The notes: generated from the sequence alone by a model not told the origin. 64,000 nt of DNA from Eledone cirrhosa (GCA_964016885.1 OZ024741.1:113584001-113648000), one strand, 5' to 3'. Positions 24,867 through 40,067 are shown, counted from the stretch's first letter. Program-made: numbers and translations.

Positions 24867-25319
24867 TATATATAGACAGATATATATATATGTTTATATA
24901 TATATATACTATACAAGCGAGACACGGTCACCCGATCAATTTTGCCTCAAGTGGGACAATTCCTGTCTAACCCATGCTAGCATGGAAGATAGACATATGA
25001 TGATGATGATGATGATGATATATATATATATATATATAAAAGGATCGATCTACTTTCGTCAAATCGGACCGAGGAAACAATGTTTTCGTCGGTCTTTCCA
25101 GTTGCTAATACTATCTATCGGTCGCAACTCCAGGTAGAAGGAGCAACGTGAAATAAAGTGTCTTGCTCAAGGACATAACGCATCGCCCGGTCCAGGAATC
25201 GAACTCACAATCTCAAGATTGTGAATCCAATTCCCTAACCACTCAGCCACACATATATATCATCATATATACACCCACACATATATATCATCATCATCAA
25301 CATCGTTTTTATGTCTGCT

Positions 25320-26655
25320 ATTTAGGGAAAGATTTGTTAGAAGTGATGCTGGTGCACTCCTAGCCAAGAATAAGCCACTATTTTTAGCTTTTGTTGATCT
25401 AGAAAATGCCTTTGATAGAGTACTTCGATCCATTATCTGGTGTTCCTTAAGGAAATTAGGTGTAGAAAAATGGCTTGTGAGAGCAGTCTAAACCATGTAC
25501 AGAGGAGCTGTCAGTAAAGTAAGAGTAGGAAGTAAGTTTAGTGAAGAATTCAAAGTCTAGGTAGGAGTTTATCAAGGTTTGATTCTTAGCCTATTGCTGT
25601 CCATCATAGTTTTCCAGCCTATAACTGGGGAGTTTAAAACTGGCTGTCCATAGGAACTTCCCTATGCAGATGAGTTGATCATTATAGCCAAATCCATAAA
25701 AGAACTAGAAAATAAGTTCTGTCTATGGAAACATAATTTGAAATCAAAGGGTCTGTGAGTAAACGAGGCCAAAACTAAAGTGCTAGTTAGTAGGTAGAAG
25801 ATAGGACCATGATCCCTTCAGGAAAGTGGCCCTGTTCAGTATGTAGAAAAGGAGTAGGCATAAACTCAAGACACTGCACACAATGTAAATCTTGGATACA
25901 CAAGAAATGTAAATGTAGTGAGATAACATGTAGACTAACATGAAAGGAAAACTTTGTATGTAGAAGAAACACAGGAGTAATCAAGAGGAAGACTGCTAAT
26001 GATATAAATCTTTTTCAGTCACAGGAAGGTCCATAGATATGGTTGATAGCTTCTGCTATCTAGATGACTTAATTAACAGTGGAGGAGAGTGATCTGAAAG
26101 CATAATAGCTAGAATAAGGATAGGAGGGAAGAAGTTTAGAGAGCTACTCTCACTGTTGAAAACAAAAGGTTTCTCTTCATGTAAAAATGAATGGCTGTAT
26201 GATGCCTGTGTGCAAAGTGCAATGCTGCATGGTAGTGAAACAAGGGCAGTGACTGCAGAAGACATGTGTAGACTGGGGAGAAATGAAGCAGCCATGCTCT
26301 GTTGGATGTGCAATGTAAACATGCAAGAAAGGCAGAACTTCAATGAACTGAGAGAGAAACTGGGTTTAAGAGGAATATGTGATGGTGTGCAGGAGAGAAG
26401 ACTGCATTGGTATGGGTATGTGGTGCACATGGCCTATGATTGATGGGTGAAGAAGTGTCAAGAAATGTCAGTGGAAGGAAGCCATAGAAGAGTTAGACCA
26501 AGAAAGATCTGGGCAGAAGTGATGAGAGATGAGCTCAAATCACTAAGACTCAGAGGTAATTACCAAAAAATGCCACAAGTGGAGAGGTGCCATGCTGAGA
26601 AGGACCTGTCTAGCCCATGCAAGCATTTCAGAATGGATGTAAAAACGATGATGAT
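25320..26655 (+). mobile_element. Old degenerate RTE LINE fragment
   Basis: Broken RT motifs (AFVDLENAFDRV, MLHGSET, RRLHWYG) with many stops. Confidence 0.9.
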
Positions 26656-29369
26656 TATATATATGTGTTGATTTCTAGTTTAGTCATAAGGTCAGCAAAT
26701 CTGGGAGAAGAGTAAATCCATGGCAGCATTTGACTGGTACTATATTTTTCAATCCAGGAAGTATGCAAAACAAAGTCAATCATGGCGGGATTTGAACTCT
26801 GAATCTTAAGAACCAGAACAAATACTACATTGGCAATTTATGTCATGTTCTGCCAATTCACCACCCTTCAGTATATATGTACGTTAAACATTCTATTATA
26901 AGTTTATATAAGAACATTTCTTTCAGTTATGTTCTAAATATCATCTTAATTGTGAAAGTTATATTACTATAATGAGGCCAATCATCTCATCAGGCCAAGG
27001 AAATTTCTACTGGTCTTTCCATTGCTAATACTATCTGCTGGTCACAGCTCCTGGTAGATGTGTTCTGGTGACAGAGGGCTGAATTTGAACTCAGACTGCA
27101 TAGAAATGGAATAGATGCCACAGAGTCTCTTGCCCAACTCCTTAACAATTTTGAAAATTCACTGTACCTAGACTAGTACTTTATTTATTGACCTGGAAAG
27201 GATGAAAAGCAAAGTTGAGCCCAGTGGGACTTTGAGTAGAATGTAGGGACAAATACATTTAAGTCAATGCTCTCTACTGCAGCTGCTGCTATGTTAACAT
27301 GGATGAAAACAGATAAATAGATAGATAAACAGAGGGGGAGAGATAAATAGATAGAGAGAAAACAGACAACACTATGGAATACTGATTTCTGGCGTTTCAA
27401 ACGTTTAGATTATTTGTCTCCACCTCTTTTTTCTTCTACATTTGTGTTCAATAAATTCTAAATAATAATTTTAAAAATTTTGGACAGTATTTAGTGTTCC
27501 TGTGATAGATGGACAAATTGGCTTTGCAGTTAGAGTGATTTGTTTTCTTTTTCTTCCAATCTATCTTTTATATTTTGATTTTCCTGCAAATTGAAATATT
27601 ACATTCAGGGATTCATATGACTGTATCTTATTTTTTAAATGAAACTGTAGATGTATCCAGTCATAAAGCAAAATCCCCCACAACTAGAGTTAATAACCAA
27701 AGGCAGTAGACCTTAATAACTTGCTCTAAATATAATGGTCAACCCTTGACCTCCATCCTACAATTTTACCTTTACCTTGCGGGTATCTAGCAATTGTGAT
27801 TATCGTAGGTGTCTCTTAGCATCGCTTATGGAGAAATTCACTTAATAGAGTATAACCAGAGATTTGAAGCAACAATTTTACGATTTACTTGCTGCATGTT
27901 GTAAAAGTTCTTGGTGTCAGTGTCAAAACGTAATTAACCTTATACTATTTTCAGTCTCTCTCATATATTTATCGAGAATTTATTGAGTAGTTCCATCTAT
28001 TTGTCACTAAAACTGTCTGATAACTATAAAACCATACACCCATTATAATTTAATATCCAAATTATATATTTGAAAAGTTTTGCTGTCCCATCTTTCTGTA
28101 TAGAAAGGAAACATACTAACAGAATCTCAAGAGAAGTGTTTAAAGAATTTAAAAATGAAGCAGCTCAAACATCATAAACATGTCCAGTTTAGAATGAAAT
28201 TTATTTGTAAAACTGACCAAAGATCAGATCAGAAGAATATTACCACTGACCCCAACATTGTTAACAAATGCTCTTAAATTGCAGGACACAGTTGACCTTA
28301 GCCTTTCATTAGATCATTCCAGTAATCGTCTTTCTGCTCTATGTATTGCTATCAGTCTTTTTTCTCTGACAGACTACATCATTTATTGCTTATTTATATT
28401 TTTATGCTCACCATCTCTTAAAGTATAACTCTCATTGATATATATCTACCCACTTCTGTACTGATGCCATCCCTCTCCTTGATCTCTCACCCCGCCACAC
28501 ACATTTATATATTTATGTATATTCATATATATATGTTTATGTATGTATATTTTGATAATTATACTCATGTTCACTCTATTCCTTTCTCTTTTTCTCAAAT
28601 TTACTAACTTCTCTGCTTCTGATGAAGGACTGACATCTGATACATTGAAGACGAATAACTGTATAAGCCCTATGACATGCTTCTTCATTTTTTTCCCTAA
28701 AGTCTGCATTTCCCCTCCCCATCCTCCCAACTTCTCCCCAGCTTCCTGTCTTTTATTTCCTCTTCCATCATTTATATCCATGCCTTTCTTGGTTTTCCCT
28801 TTTGTCTACCTTCTTCCACATTCCTTTTCATCACTCCTTTCATTCAATCACTTTCTGTCTTCCCTCTGAGTGAGACTCCCCTCACCCCTTAAACCATTCT
28901 CATTTCCTTTGTTTCTAACTTTCTCTACTGCTCCATGTTCACCACCCACATCTTGCTTATTTAAATTATGGTATTTCTCATACATGCAGTATACACCTTC
29001 TCCTTCAGTTTCAGTGATATTCCCTTCCTCATTAGCACACCTCTTAGTTTCTGGAACTTCTTATATGCTCATGATACTATTACAGAGTCTTACCATCCTC
29101 TCCATTCAAAACGTTTTCACACCTTTCATCTTCACACTGTACCAAAGATCCAACTTACCATCCTCTCCATCTGTAGCTCCTTCCATACACTTGAATGCAG
29201 TTCCCTCATTATTTCATAATCTCTTCACACTATAACATTTTTGATGTACTCATATTGAACATTTAATGGAGTTCATTCCAACACTCTTCCTACATGGCAA
29301 CCTGTTCTTTCCATCTCACCAAATGCTTTACCACTTGCCTTTACCTTGTATATGTCTCCCATCCCCTTC

Positions 29370-29830
29370 CCCCACTAGCACTCACTAACAGCTATTCTCA
29401 ACATCATTACCAGGCATGCCCCCCACATTCCTAGCAGTTGGCCCCTGTGAAGTGGTTGGTGAAAGGACCCAGCCATGAAGTGATTCATAAACAAAGGATT
29501 GGAAGGACTCCTCAGTCTTGTCCAAGACATGACAGCCTCCCTAATGTTGGGTGATCTACACAATAAATGCACCCAGTACACACTGTGGTTAGTGACAGGA
29601 AAGGCATCCAGCTGTAGAACACTTTCCAAACAAAGGGTTGGGAAGACCCTCAGATGGGTCAAAGACATAACAACCTCTCTTGTGCATTCAATGGAACATG
29701 AGACCTTACATAAGCGAATCACAAATCCCTGGCCTGTCTGGAAGATCAGTAGCTTTGCTTCAGTACTGACTTGGTCTATGTAGAACTATCCAACCCTTGC
29801 TAGCCGGGAAAGTGGACATTAAATGATAAG
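29370..29830 (+). repeat. Composite SINE-like repeat, partly duplicated at 30540-30785
   Basis: cccccactag...gacatgacagcctccctaatgtt..gtgatctacacaataaatgcacccagtacacactgtgg is shared by both sites; related modules at ~13200-13630(-) and 41400-41670. Confidence 0.6.
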
Positions 29831-30440
29831 TAGACATAAAATATTGCTTCGAAAATATTAATGATGAGTATGAAGACTGTTATGATGTCCATAATAGCTT
29901 TAACACTTTTGACACCAAACCATCTGAAACTGCCCTGGTTCTATAGTAAGCTGTTTATTTATAATTGTTTTTATTTATTTAGAAACCTTCCATCATACAT
30001 TTATGTAAGAAACTTTGTTAAGCTGATCTAAATGCCAGCTAAATAATGAAAGTTACTAAATCATTTGAATTTTTTCGGTACTTTCAAAATTATTTGAAAA
30101 ACATAGATAATGCCTTCATTGGAATTATGATATTGGGACAGTTAAAATCTTTGTTGTTGGTGTAGTTAATACATGTAGTTGTGGAGTACCTCCATTGATA
30201 GAATGGAAAACATCAAAATTTAGCTAAGTTCATCCACTGCAATCTTTTCTATGTTAGCTCTGTGGAATTATTCTGGTGTATTGATCCTTAATTTGTTGAT
30301 GATGAACTGTCACTCTTTGTCGGAGTGTCAGGTCTGTTTTACCAATGAAGTGTCCATGGCAACCTTTACATGTTATACTGAATACTAAATTCTCTGAGTT
30401 GCACAAGAAGTCATTTTTAATTTTGAAAATATGCCCCTCT

Positions 30441-30920
30441 TTAACCCTTTAGCATTTACATTACTCTATATATACTATTATATTTTCATGGTAAAGGCTT
30501 TACCTCAAATAATTATCTCATATAATGTTTCCCTCCCTCTCCCCCCACTAGTACTCATTAACAGGTATTTTCAACATCACTACCAGGCATGTACCTCACA
30601 TTCCGAGCAGTTGCCCCCTCTGAAGTGATTGGTGAAAGGAAAGGGACCCAGCCATGAGGGGCTTCCTAAACAAAGGGTCGGAAGGACTATTCAGTCTTGT
30701 CCAGGACATGACAGCCTCCCTAATGTTAGGTGATCTACACAATAAATGCACCCAGTACACACTGTGGCTAGTGACAGGAAGGGCAAATATATAAGATTTT
30801 GATATTTGATTTGAGACAACGCCTTAACATCTGTATGGGTGGCCAGTTACAGCCAGTTTGAACAGAAAGAGGTGAGAGAATTCTGGACGGATATGGCTGG
30901 TTTAAATGCTAAAGGGTTAA
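30441..30920. mobile_element. TTAA-flanked piggyBac-type MITE carrying a nested repeat
   Basis: TTAA-CCCTTTAGCATTTA...TAAATGCTAAAGGG-TTAA; an empty version of the same MITE is at 35578-35793. Confidence 0.8.
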
Positions 30921-33093
30921 AGTGAAATTTATGGCCTTCTAATAGGTAGCTGCATACTCCACAGTTGTCAGTTGCATCTTTTCACTTCAGGCTCTCTAAT
31001 TATAGTTTGCAGTTTTGCATTTGTCAGTATCATTATTAGTGACTGTGACTCTCTTTTACATTTTATAATTGAGTAATTTTGTAAGAGGTTTTCATTTTTT
31101 ACCTTTAGTAGAATAGGTAGGTTTAGTTTTATGAGCATCAAGACATGGTCACCTGACCTGGATTTGCCCACAACAGGACAACCCGTCTAACCCATGCTAG
31201 CATGGAAGAATGGACATAAAACTGTTTTATGTCCATGATAATTATGATGATGTCACTGATGATGTAGATATCTATGTTCTTTGGATTAAAAGGTTTTCAA
31301 AAAAACTTTTTTCATTTCCTTCCTCCCCTCACTCATCTTTTATTTCTCATTCTACCTTATGAAGAAGGAGTAATGTCGGGAAAATTGTTATTCTTTTCCT
31401 ACTACATCAAGTATTAAACTAATATATTTCTTCATTGTACTGTATTGTTTGCTTTGTTGTTTCTGTTTGCCTTTCACTCATACACAAACACATACACACA
31501 CATATATGTATGTATATATGTATATATATACTCACACACACACGTCACTACCATTACTCTGTCTACTGCTATCATTGCCTCTTCTTTAATCTTGTTGCTC
31601 ATGCTATTTTTCTAGTCCATCTCCATACCAACACCTAACATGTAGTTGCCTGTCATTTTTACTTCTCCAATACTCCCTCGCTACCACCATATCACTGTTT
31701 CACCCATCACACTCATTGTCATACTTTCTCTTCTTTCACTCTCTTGCCCTGGGTCTCTCTTAGTCATACCTCTTTCTTCTATTCCTCCTCACCTAAATCC
31801 TATTTGACATAAATGAATGGAGACAATGTAGGTTAATTAGAAGGTTAACAATGGCTTTGAGAGAATGAATTTCTTAATACTTTTGTAACCATAATTCTAA
31901 TGAAATATACTGTATTCCAATTAATTAATGAAGAAGTCGAAAGGATTTACTAAATTTATTATTTTTATTTCATTGTTGAGATGGTATTTATAACATAACT
32001 TTACAAAAGATTCTGATACCAAATTAGGTTGGAAGATTGAAATTTAAATCAGTTATTCAAGTCCTCACAACTGGTGCAGCCTGTCATTTTGGTGACACTC
32101 TAGGCGTTTGATTATGCACAAGGAATATTGACTTTCCCGATGATTGCAAATAAATGAACTGGTTCTAATCCTGTAGAAATTATTTCTATATGAAATAAAT
32201 ATGCTTGCATGTATGTAGGTGTACATGTGCATATATATTTATATATAGTTTGGTTAACTGATGTTTGTTAATTGGTGACAATAGACTTATAAGCACTATG
32301 ACATGCTTCTTCATTTTTTCCCTAAAGTCTCCATTCCCCTATAAAGATTGTGTTACCATAATTCTAATGCATTATGTGCATTTCAATGACATCAATTATG
32401 TAATTATTTATACTGCAATATGTTCAAGGTGAGTATTTTCGATGCTGTTACCTCAGGTCCAGCAAACATATTTATCTAGCTATTTATCTATCTATCAATA
32501 TATGTATATATACACATAAATATGTCTTTATACATAATGTTTAGAAAATTCCACTTGAATTTGGTAAAAGTTATTAACCAATGAGTATTAATTAATTAAT
32601 TAATTGATACTTTTAATTTCATTTAATTATACATAAAATAATCAGGTAATGAATCATTATTATCAAGTGGAATATTTTGATTAATTCATGAACTAAACTA
32701 CAAATTCAAGAAAACATTTAAATATAAGTTTGAAAGCAGAGGCAATGGAGAGGAGTTCCAGCTAGATCTTGTCAACAAAATCTCCATATAGTTCAAATAC
32801 TCAACAAGTCTCTGATATCGCTTTCTTCATTCATTCAAATTAAAAATTAAATCGACTAGCCATCAACAATTCTTCTCAGATTGCTCTCTAAGCCCCACCC
32901 CATGGTTTCCCTTGATAATGGGTAGTAAATCCGAAAGTATTTGGGACCATTAAAATTGCTAAGATAAAATTCTACAGTTTTCACTCTTTTCTCAGTTATT
33001 TTATTCTATTTTCTCCAATTCCTATTACCTTGGCACTTATAATCTCACATTCATTGTCAGGCTTTCAAATAATTAAATTTATTTCCTAGTTAA

Positions 33094-33156
<63 letters not shown>

Positions 33157-33254
33157 AATAGTTTGGTAGAAATATCTAAAGGTAAGAGCACTCAGTCCAT
33201 ATGATGAGTTAAGTATAATTAGTTACAACAGGTACATACATTTTGTTGAGTTAT

Positions 33255-33478
33255 ACACCCAACTCATTCAGCCTGTTATAAAAACAAAGATGGCCACTAA
33301 ATATTGAATGTAATCTCTTTTGGGAAGAATATATAAGAGCTCTTCAAATGCAGGTAATATGGCTATTTTCAAAATTACCTGCCTTTGAAAAGCTCTTATA
33401 TATATCCTTCCCAAAAGAGATTACATACACTCTTTAGTGGCCATCTTTATTTTTATAACAGGCTGAATGAGTTGGAGT
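33255..33478. repeat. ~105-bp-arm foldback palindrome
   Basis: ccaactcattcagcctgttataaaaa...aggtaat / attacct...ttttataacaggctgaatgagttgg. Confidence 0.85.
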
Positions 33479-33519
33479 GTCTAACCTAAGTACCTGTATA
33501 TGTCACTGTGGTAACTAAT

Positions 33520-33550
<31 letters not shown>

Positions 33551-34246
33551 CTGTGCTGATAAGAGTTTTGGCATTGATACACTGGTTGGATGCCCTTCCT
33601 AACACCAGCGCCACTTTACAGCATGGACTGGGTGCTTTTATTTGTGCCACCAGCACTAGAGAGGATGTCTTACTAGACTCAAGGGCCCTCTCTACCCCTC
33701 CATTTTACAGCATGGTCATAAAAAAACAAAAAAAAACAACAACTTATTGACACGATGCACACACAAACACTCACACACCAACACTCATGCATACAAACCA
33801 CAACCACACACACGCCACTCACATACCAACACTCATTCATGCATACAATCACACACACCACTCACAAACACACATATATATACATATATTACCCACAGTA
33901 CTGATACAAATACAAAGTCAACTGTTGACCTTTCCCAGTCCAGTTCAGCTTGTATATAATAACAATAATAATAATTGTTTGCTTTACACTGGTAATGGCG
34001 TTGGTGGTGGTGAATGGTGGTGGATGGTGCCAGTGTGGTGGTGGTGGATGGTCTCAGTGTGGTGGTGGTGGATGGTGTCAGTGTGGTGGTGGTGGATGGT
34101 CAGTGATGGTGGTGGCAGTTGTTGGTGCTGTAGATCTTGTCGTTGTTGCTGTTGTCGCTGTTGTTGTTGTTCTTCATGTCACTGCTGCTGTTGCTGCAGA
34201 CAATGGTGTTGATGCTGTTATTGCTGTCGCATATATACAAACACAT

Positions 34247-34607
34247 ACAGTGTAAATGTGCGTGAACGACCCAGCATAAATGTGTTGAGAGAGAAACTGT
34301 GTCTGAGAGGGATAGAATGTAGTGTACGGGAGAGGAGACTGAGGTGGTATGGACATGTGATGCGCATGGAGGATGACCGATGGGTGAAGAAGTGCCAGGA
34401 ATTGCCAGTTGAAGGAAGACGTGGTAGAGGTAGACCACGAAAAACATGGGCGGAGGTGGTGAGAACAGACCTCAGATCATTGAAGCTCACGGTGGAGATG
34501 ACGAGGGACCGTGACGAGTGGAGAGATGCTGTGCTGAATAAGACCCGTCCCACCCTTGCAAGCAGGGAAAAGCAGACGTAAAATGATGATGATGATGTTG
34601 ATGATGA
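34247..34607 (+). mobile_element. RTE LINE 3' end (second subfamily)
   Basis: ORF 34258-34581 RERRLRWYGHVMR...GRGRPRKTW; its tail matches the SINE family 1 tail. Confidence 0.92.
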
Positions 34608-34811
34608 TATATATATATACATACACACACACATACAGCTTCCATACAATTTCTGTCTATCAAATTCATTCATTAGGCATTAATTTGAAGACATTTACTC
34701 ATAGTGAACTCAGCCATAAACCTCATGGTTCCATAGCAAACTTCTTAACCACATAGCCTTGTCTGCAGATACTTTTCATTCATTTATTTAATTATTTATA
34801 ATTATTTCCAG

Positions 34812-34975
34812 TCAACAGAGATAGATTTCCCAATTGCCACAATAATGGATACATGGACAAAGCAAAAAGGATTCCCACTTGTGACATTAAAGCTAAAGGG
34901 AACTACAGTCACAGCTTGTCAAGAAATATTCCTCTATAGCACAAATACATCTCAATTGGAGCCCTCACCTTTCAA
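34812..34975 (+). CDS. M1 aminopeptidase, internal exon B
   Basis: atttccag|TCA...TTC AA|gtaagt, 164 bp, phase 0-2; STEIDFPIATIMDTWTKQKGFPLVTLKLKGTTVTACQEIFLYSTNTSQLEPSPF contains the MDTWT.Q.GFP.V motif. Confidence 0.93.
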
Positions 34976-35577
34976 GTAAGTACAACCTAATATTCTCTAT
35001 TTTAAAAAACTACATGACTTGGTAGTATGTACCATGCTTTCACTAAGGCTTTTAGGTGACCATGCAGTTACAAGAATTCACAACTCTTCCATAATTCAAT
35101 GGAATATCCTAAATGTGAAAGTAGGAAAGAGGGAATGCTGTATCAGAACTTGGCTGGTACTTTCTTCATTGATCCTGAAAGGATGAAAGAAAACATGAAC
35201 CATGGCAGGATTTTAACTCAGAACACAGAGACTTGGAACAAATATCAATTGCTCTACTGATTCTGCCAAGTTGACTGCCATATTCTCTATTTTACCTACC
35301 TGTTAACTACTCATTCTGGCCTTTGTCCTTCAACCTATATTTTGCTTATTTCTAATCTGCATGGTCTGTCTGTGGAAAGAGATTGTACCAGTTATTTTCT
35401 ATGTATAGATTAAAACACACACTTTAGTAAAATTGGTGCAAACATTCTTAAAGTAAGAACAACAAACATCTTAAGGTAATTTTCTCTGCTAAAGTGATGC
35501 TTAAATTTTCAGGTCCCATATCAAGCTACATACCACAAGTATTTTTAGACAGTACTTTAGTGACAGATGCTTTTCCT

Positions 35578-35793
35578 TTAACCCTTTAGCATTTATATTA
35601 CTCTACTATTGTATTTTTGCAGTAAAGGCTTTATCTCACATGATATCAAATCTACGAGATTTTGATGATGTTATTATTTACGTTGAGAACAGTACCTTGA
35701 CGTTGATATAATCAGCTGGTTATGGCTGGTTTGAACAGAAAGAAGTGAGAGAATTCTGACAAGATACAGTCAGTTTAAATGCTAAAGGGTTAA
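35578..35793. mobile_element. TTAA-flanked piggyBac-type MITE
   Basis: TIR CCCTTTAGCATTTA with TTAA at 35578-81 and 35790-93. Confidence 0.85.
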
Positions 35794-38700
35794 ATCATCT
35801 CTTTAAATCACCATACAACATACAATTATATAATTAAGTTGTATAAATGTAAATTTACAACCCAAATATGAACATATGCACTTGTATGTGTGCATCTTGG
35901 TTTTTTAAGATAGATACACTGTATCTCTGCATGTCATGAAAAGTGCAATTGAGAAGGGCATTTGACTGTCTGTAAAACATTACCTCTGAAAATCTTATCC
36001 AATCCATAAAGTGTAATCTACCATACTTCACAAGCTTCAGATATGAATCATAGTAGGAAGTAATTTTAAAGTTTCAAAACTTTAGTTATGTGGATAATCT
36101 CAGCTGTTTAAATTTTATCAGTCCTCTTATTATCATATTAATTTTTTCACATTGTCTAGTGTTTCATTGCCTTTCTGTTTTGGTTATCAAAATAATAAAA
36201 GATTATGAGAGATTTAGTGATACAGTTAACTTTCAACTTTCAACAAAAGACATATTGAACTCCTGAAATCTAATATTATCTGGCATGTAATATAATATTT
36301 CAGTTTAAATTTGAACACTTTGATAAAGGTGGTTTTGTTAGTTTGGGGTGGGTTGTATTTAAATGGCTAAATAGAGGGTGTAGTTTTAGAGAGATTTGAC
36401 TGCTATTTTTAGTTTAAAAGATTGATGGGGAATAAGACATCCTCAAATTTGATTTCACCTCTATCTTCCATGTTTTCCTTGTTTATTTTCAGTTACAGTT
36501 ACCCTCCACTGTTAATACACCCTGTTTTCTCTTGGTATTTATACTTTATTCGCATAAGATAGCCATTCCAATGCTAGTCATCTCTTTGGCACCCTCCAGT
36601 TGATGTCTTACTCCCCATCAATCTTTTTAACTAAAAATAGCGATCAAATATCTCTAAAACTACATCCTACTATTTAAAAAAAAAAACAAAGGAATAACAC
36701 AATGGATAAAATAGTCCTAGAAAAAAATGCCTGAAAACGTGGTGGAGTGGTTATAGCAGGAAAGCATTTGATAAAAGGTCAACTGGATCAGATCTGATGA
36801 AACTAAATGACAATAAGAAAAATTATACAGCTACCTGAATTTCACAGTTAAAGGTTCTCCAACAAACTCCTTACTACCTTTAAAATCCTTTTTATACAAA
36901 ATCACCTGATAATAAACCTGTTTATATGATTAAAGTATTTATCATCATTTTTACATCAACTTTTCTTTGAAGCATTGTTTTACAGCTGGATGCTTTTTCT
37001 GACAACAAACATTTGAGTTACTTCTTACAAAAAACAGGGGTTAAATGTACCTATTCTAAACCTGATGTCTAAAAACGTATTATAAATTTATGTAAGAATC
37101 TTTGCTAAGTTTTGAAGATGTGCTCTAAACATGAGTTATGTAGTGAGAAAGTTAGCTATTTTACTAAATCACTTCATATTCTTGATTATTTACAAAATTG
37201 TTTAAAACTTATAAGCCATGTATTTTGAAAGATATAAAAACATTAAAATGCACACCATATATTTTAAGTCCAAAATTTGACACCATGTTTTTCATTGAAG
37301 GCTGAAATGTCTATAGCTAGAATACTAATAGCATTTCTAAGTTTAACCTTTTTATTACCATATTTCTAATCAAAGATGTTGCTATTATTTTCAAATAATT
37401 TTGAAAATGAAGAATTTTGTGAAGTTTAATAATGGTACTTTATTTTATGGACCCCGTAAGGATAAAAGGCAAAGCTAACCTTGGTTGAATTTCAACTCAG
37501 AATATAAAGAGCCATAACTCTATGCCGTGAAGCATGTTGTCTGGTGCTCTATCGTTTGTCTGGTGCTCTATCGTTACTGCCAATCCTAATATCACTGATT
37601 TTCTCATGATCAAACTAGTGTTTGGAACATAATTTGACAAAGGTACTTACATCAAATTATGATGGAATGATTTTAGACAGATACAAACACTTTAACTCTT
37701 TCATTATCATAATTCTAAGTGGATTGGCAGTATCGGTAGAGAGTCGGACGCCATGCTTTCCAGCATAGTTACGTCCTCCCTTTACAGTCTGAGTTCAATT
37801 CCCACCGAGGTTAACTTTGCCTTTCATCCTTACGGGGTCGATAAAATAAAGTACCAGTAATGTACTGGGTATTTGATGGCCTTGTGCCAAAAGTAGAAAC
37901 AATTATCATAATTCTAATGAAAGACAATGCTTATTATTTTAAGACAATTTTGAAAATAATGAAGAATTTTGAAGAATTTAGTAACTTAACTAATTTTCTC
38001 ATTATCAAGTTGGTGTTTATGGCATAACTTAACAAATACTCTAACATAAACCTATCATAGATGATTTTTAGATAAATAAAATACTTTAAAATATGCAGCT
38101 TGTATCATAAAACATTAGATAGAATGCTTTGCATTATATGTTTCCTGCCGAGGTTAACTTTGCCTTTCATCCTTACGGGGTTGATAAAATAAAGTACCAG
38201 TAATACACTGGGTAATTGCTGGCCTTGTGCCAAAAGTAGAAACAATTATATGTTGCAGTTCTAAACTGAGTTCAAATCTTGCAAAGTTCAACTTTGCATT
38301 TCATCCTTCCAAGGACGTTGAAAAAAGTACTAGTCATCTCTCTCTCTCTCAAGAATAAGAAGAAATCAGCTGTGTACAGACATGAAAAGAGGATGGGCTT
38401 CGCCAGGCTTAAAAACAAATACCCAAGATGCCATGTATTATGATGGCACTTTTAAGATTACATCAGGTGTTACAGGTCCATACAAAAAAGCAACAGTAAT
38501 AATCCTAGAAGCAGGGACGTTTTCAGGCAGTTTGATTTCAAAGGGGTTTACATAAGATAATATATCTGCAGATGTCAAGTGGTGGCCATGTTGTTTACTT
38601 TCAAAAGCCAATAGTTGTGCCATTAAACTGCTTTTGAGCTGGTCAATAACAGCAACAATAATAATAACAGCAACAATAACAGTCATACTACTGCTGTTCA

Positions 38701-39984
38701 ATGATTTTATATGGTTTTACAATAGGAAATCAAATTTTGTGAATATGTCAGGCAAAGAACAGGCCAAGATGCTTTAGACAAAATCAGTAAATGTGTGACA
38801 GGTTAGGTAGATTTAAGGAAAGTCCCATTGTGATTGACTTCATCCTGCTTAAGCTACTGTCATTTTTATTAAGCTAAATACAAAAATATATTTTTATGCT
38901 AAAGTAAAACAGTAGCAACTGTCTGTGATTATTAAGTTTATTCAAATTTCTGGGAAGCCATTATAATTAGCTGTTTTTCTCCAACACTTTTGTAAATATT
39001 TCCTGCTTTCTGACAGCCTATCAAATTATTTTCCTGCCTTGGCTTGGCTCTTCTACCATCACTATCATCATTGGAACAACAATAACTAACACTACAACTA
39101 CAACAACTATAACTATCACACTAATATCAAGTACAAGTTCCACTAGCTAAGCAGAAGATCAATTTGAAGAGCATGTCACATGCGAGAAACTTCTCAAAAT
39201 TATTGTCATTAAATCTTTCCGATGAAATACTTGACACAAATCATTATGTAATCTCCACACTACACGTATGGTGTGTCTGTGTGATTAAGTCAGTGTCAAT
39301 TCTATGTTGGTTTGTGTGTCTGTGTATGTGTGAGTATAATGGTTTATTGATATGTGCATATTTGTGTATGTTATAATACATTTGTTGTCTGTGAATATAT
39401 CAGTAGTAGTTGATTGGTCTATGTGTATTCATGTGTTGTTAATACACTTTCTGTGTGTGAATATGTATGAGCATTAGTATTGCTCTCTCTCTCATTTCTC
39501 TCCACATATATATATATGTGTGTGTGTGTGTTTGTGTATGTTATTAATACACACGTGTATCTGCATGTTTGACTAAGTACATGTTTCACATGCATTTTTG
39601 TGTTAAGTGCACGTTTGTGCATATACAAGTACAACCTTATTTATTAACGGAATAATTTGAAAAGACATTGTGTGTATGTGTATGTATGTAGGTATTATGA
39701 ATTCAATATATTTATGATATCAAAAATTGTAAATATGTATATGTTTATATGCATGTATATATACTAACTTAAGAACACTGATATACACACACACGATGAT
39801 ATATATATATATGAATGTGTGTTTGAATATGTGTATTTAGGAATGTGTATGTGTTCACTATATCAGTACCACAATACTTTTCAACAAAGTCTTTATCAAT
39901 TTCATCACTTATTAGTATATTTATTTATGTATTTTAATATTAATTTTGTCTATTATTTTCCAAAAACAATTCTTCTATTTCCAG

Positions 39985-40067
39985 CTATAAATGGTACATT
40001 CCATTAACTTATGTAACATCAATGAAACCAAATTCTTCAGAAACAGTCTGGTTAAATATGACATCAG
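39985..40067 (+). CDS. M1 aminopeptidase, internal exon C
   Basis: atttccag|C TAT...TCA G|gtaagt, 83 bp, phase 2-1; joins exon B (AA+C=Asn) to give NYKWYIPLTYVTSMKPNSSETVWLNMTS, the typical W.IP..Y.T motif. Confidence 0.9.

Noticed and set aside
28614-28670. gctt CTGATGA agga... possible hammerhead; similar partial motifs at 8905-8925 and 51520-51580
   Set aside because: The matching GAAA, stem II or core half is missing; at most decayed remnants.
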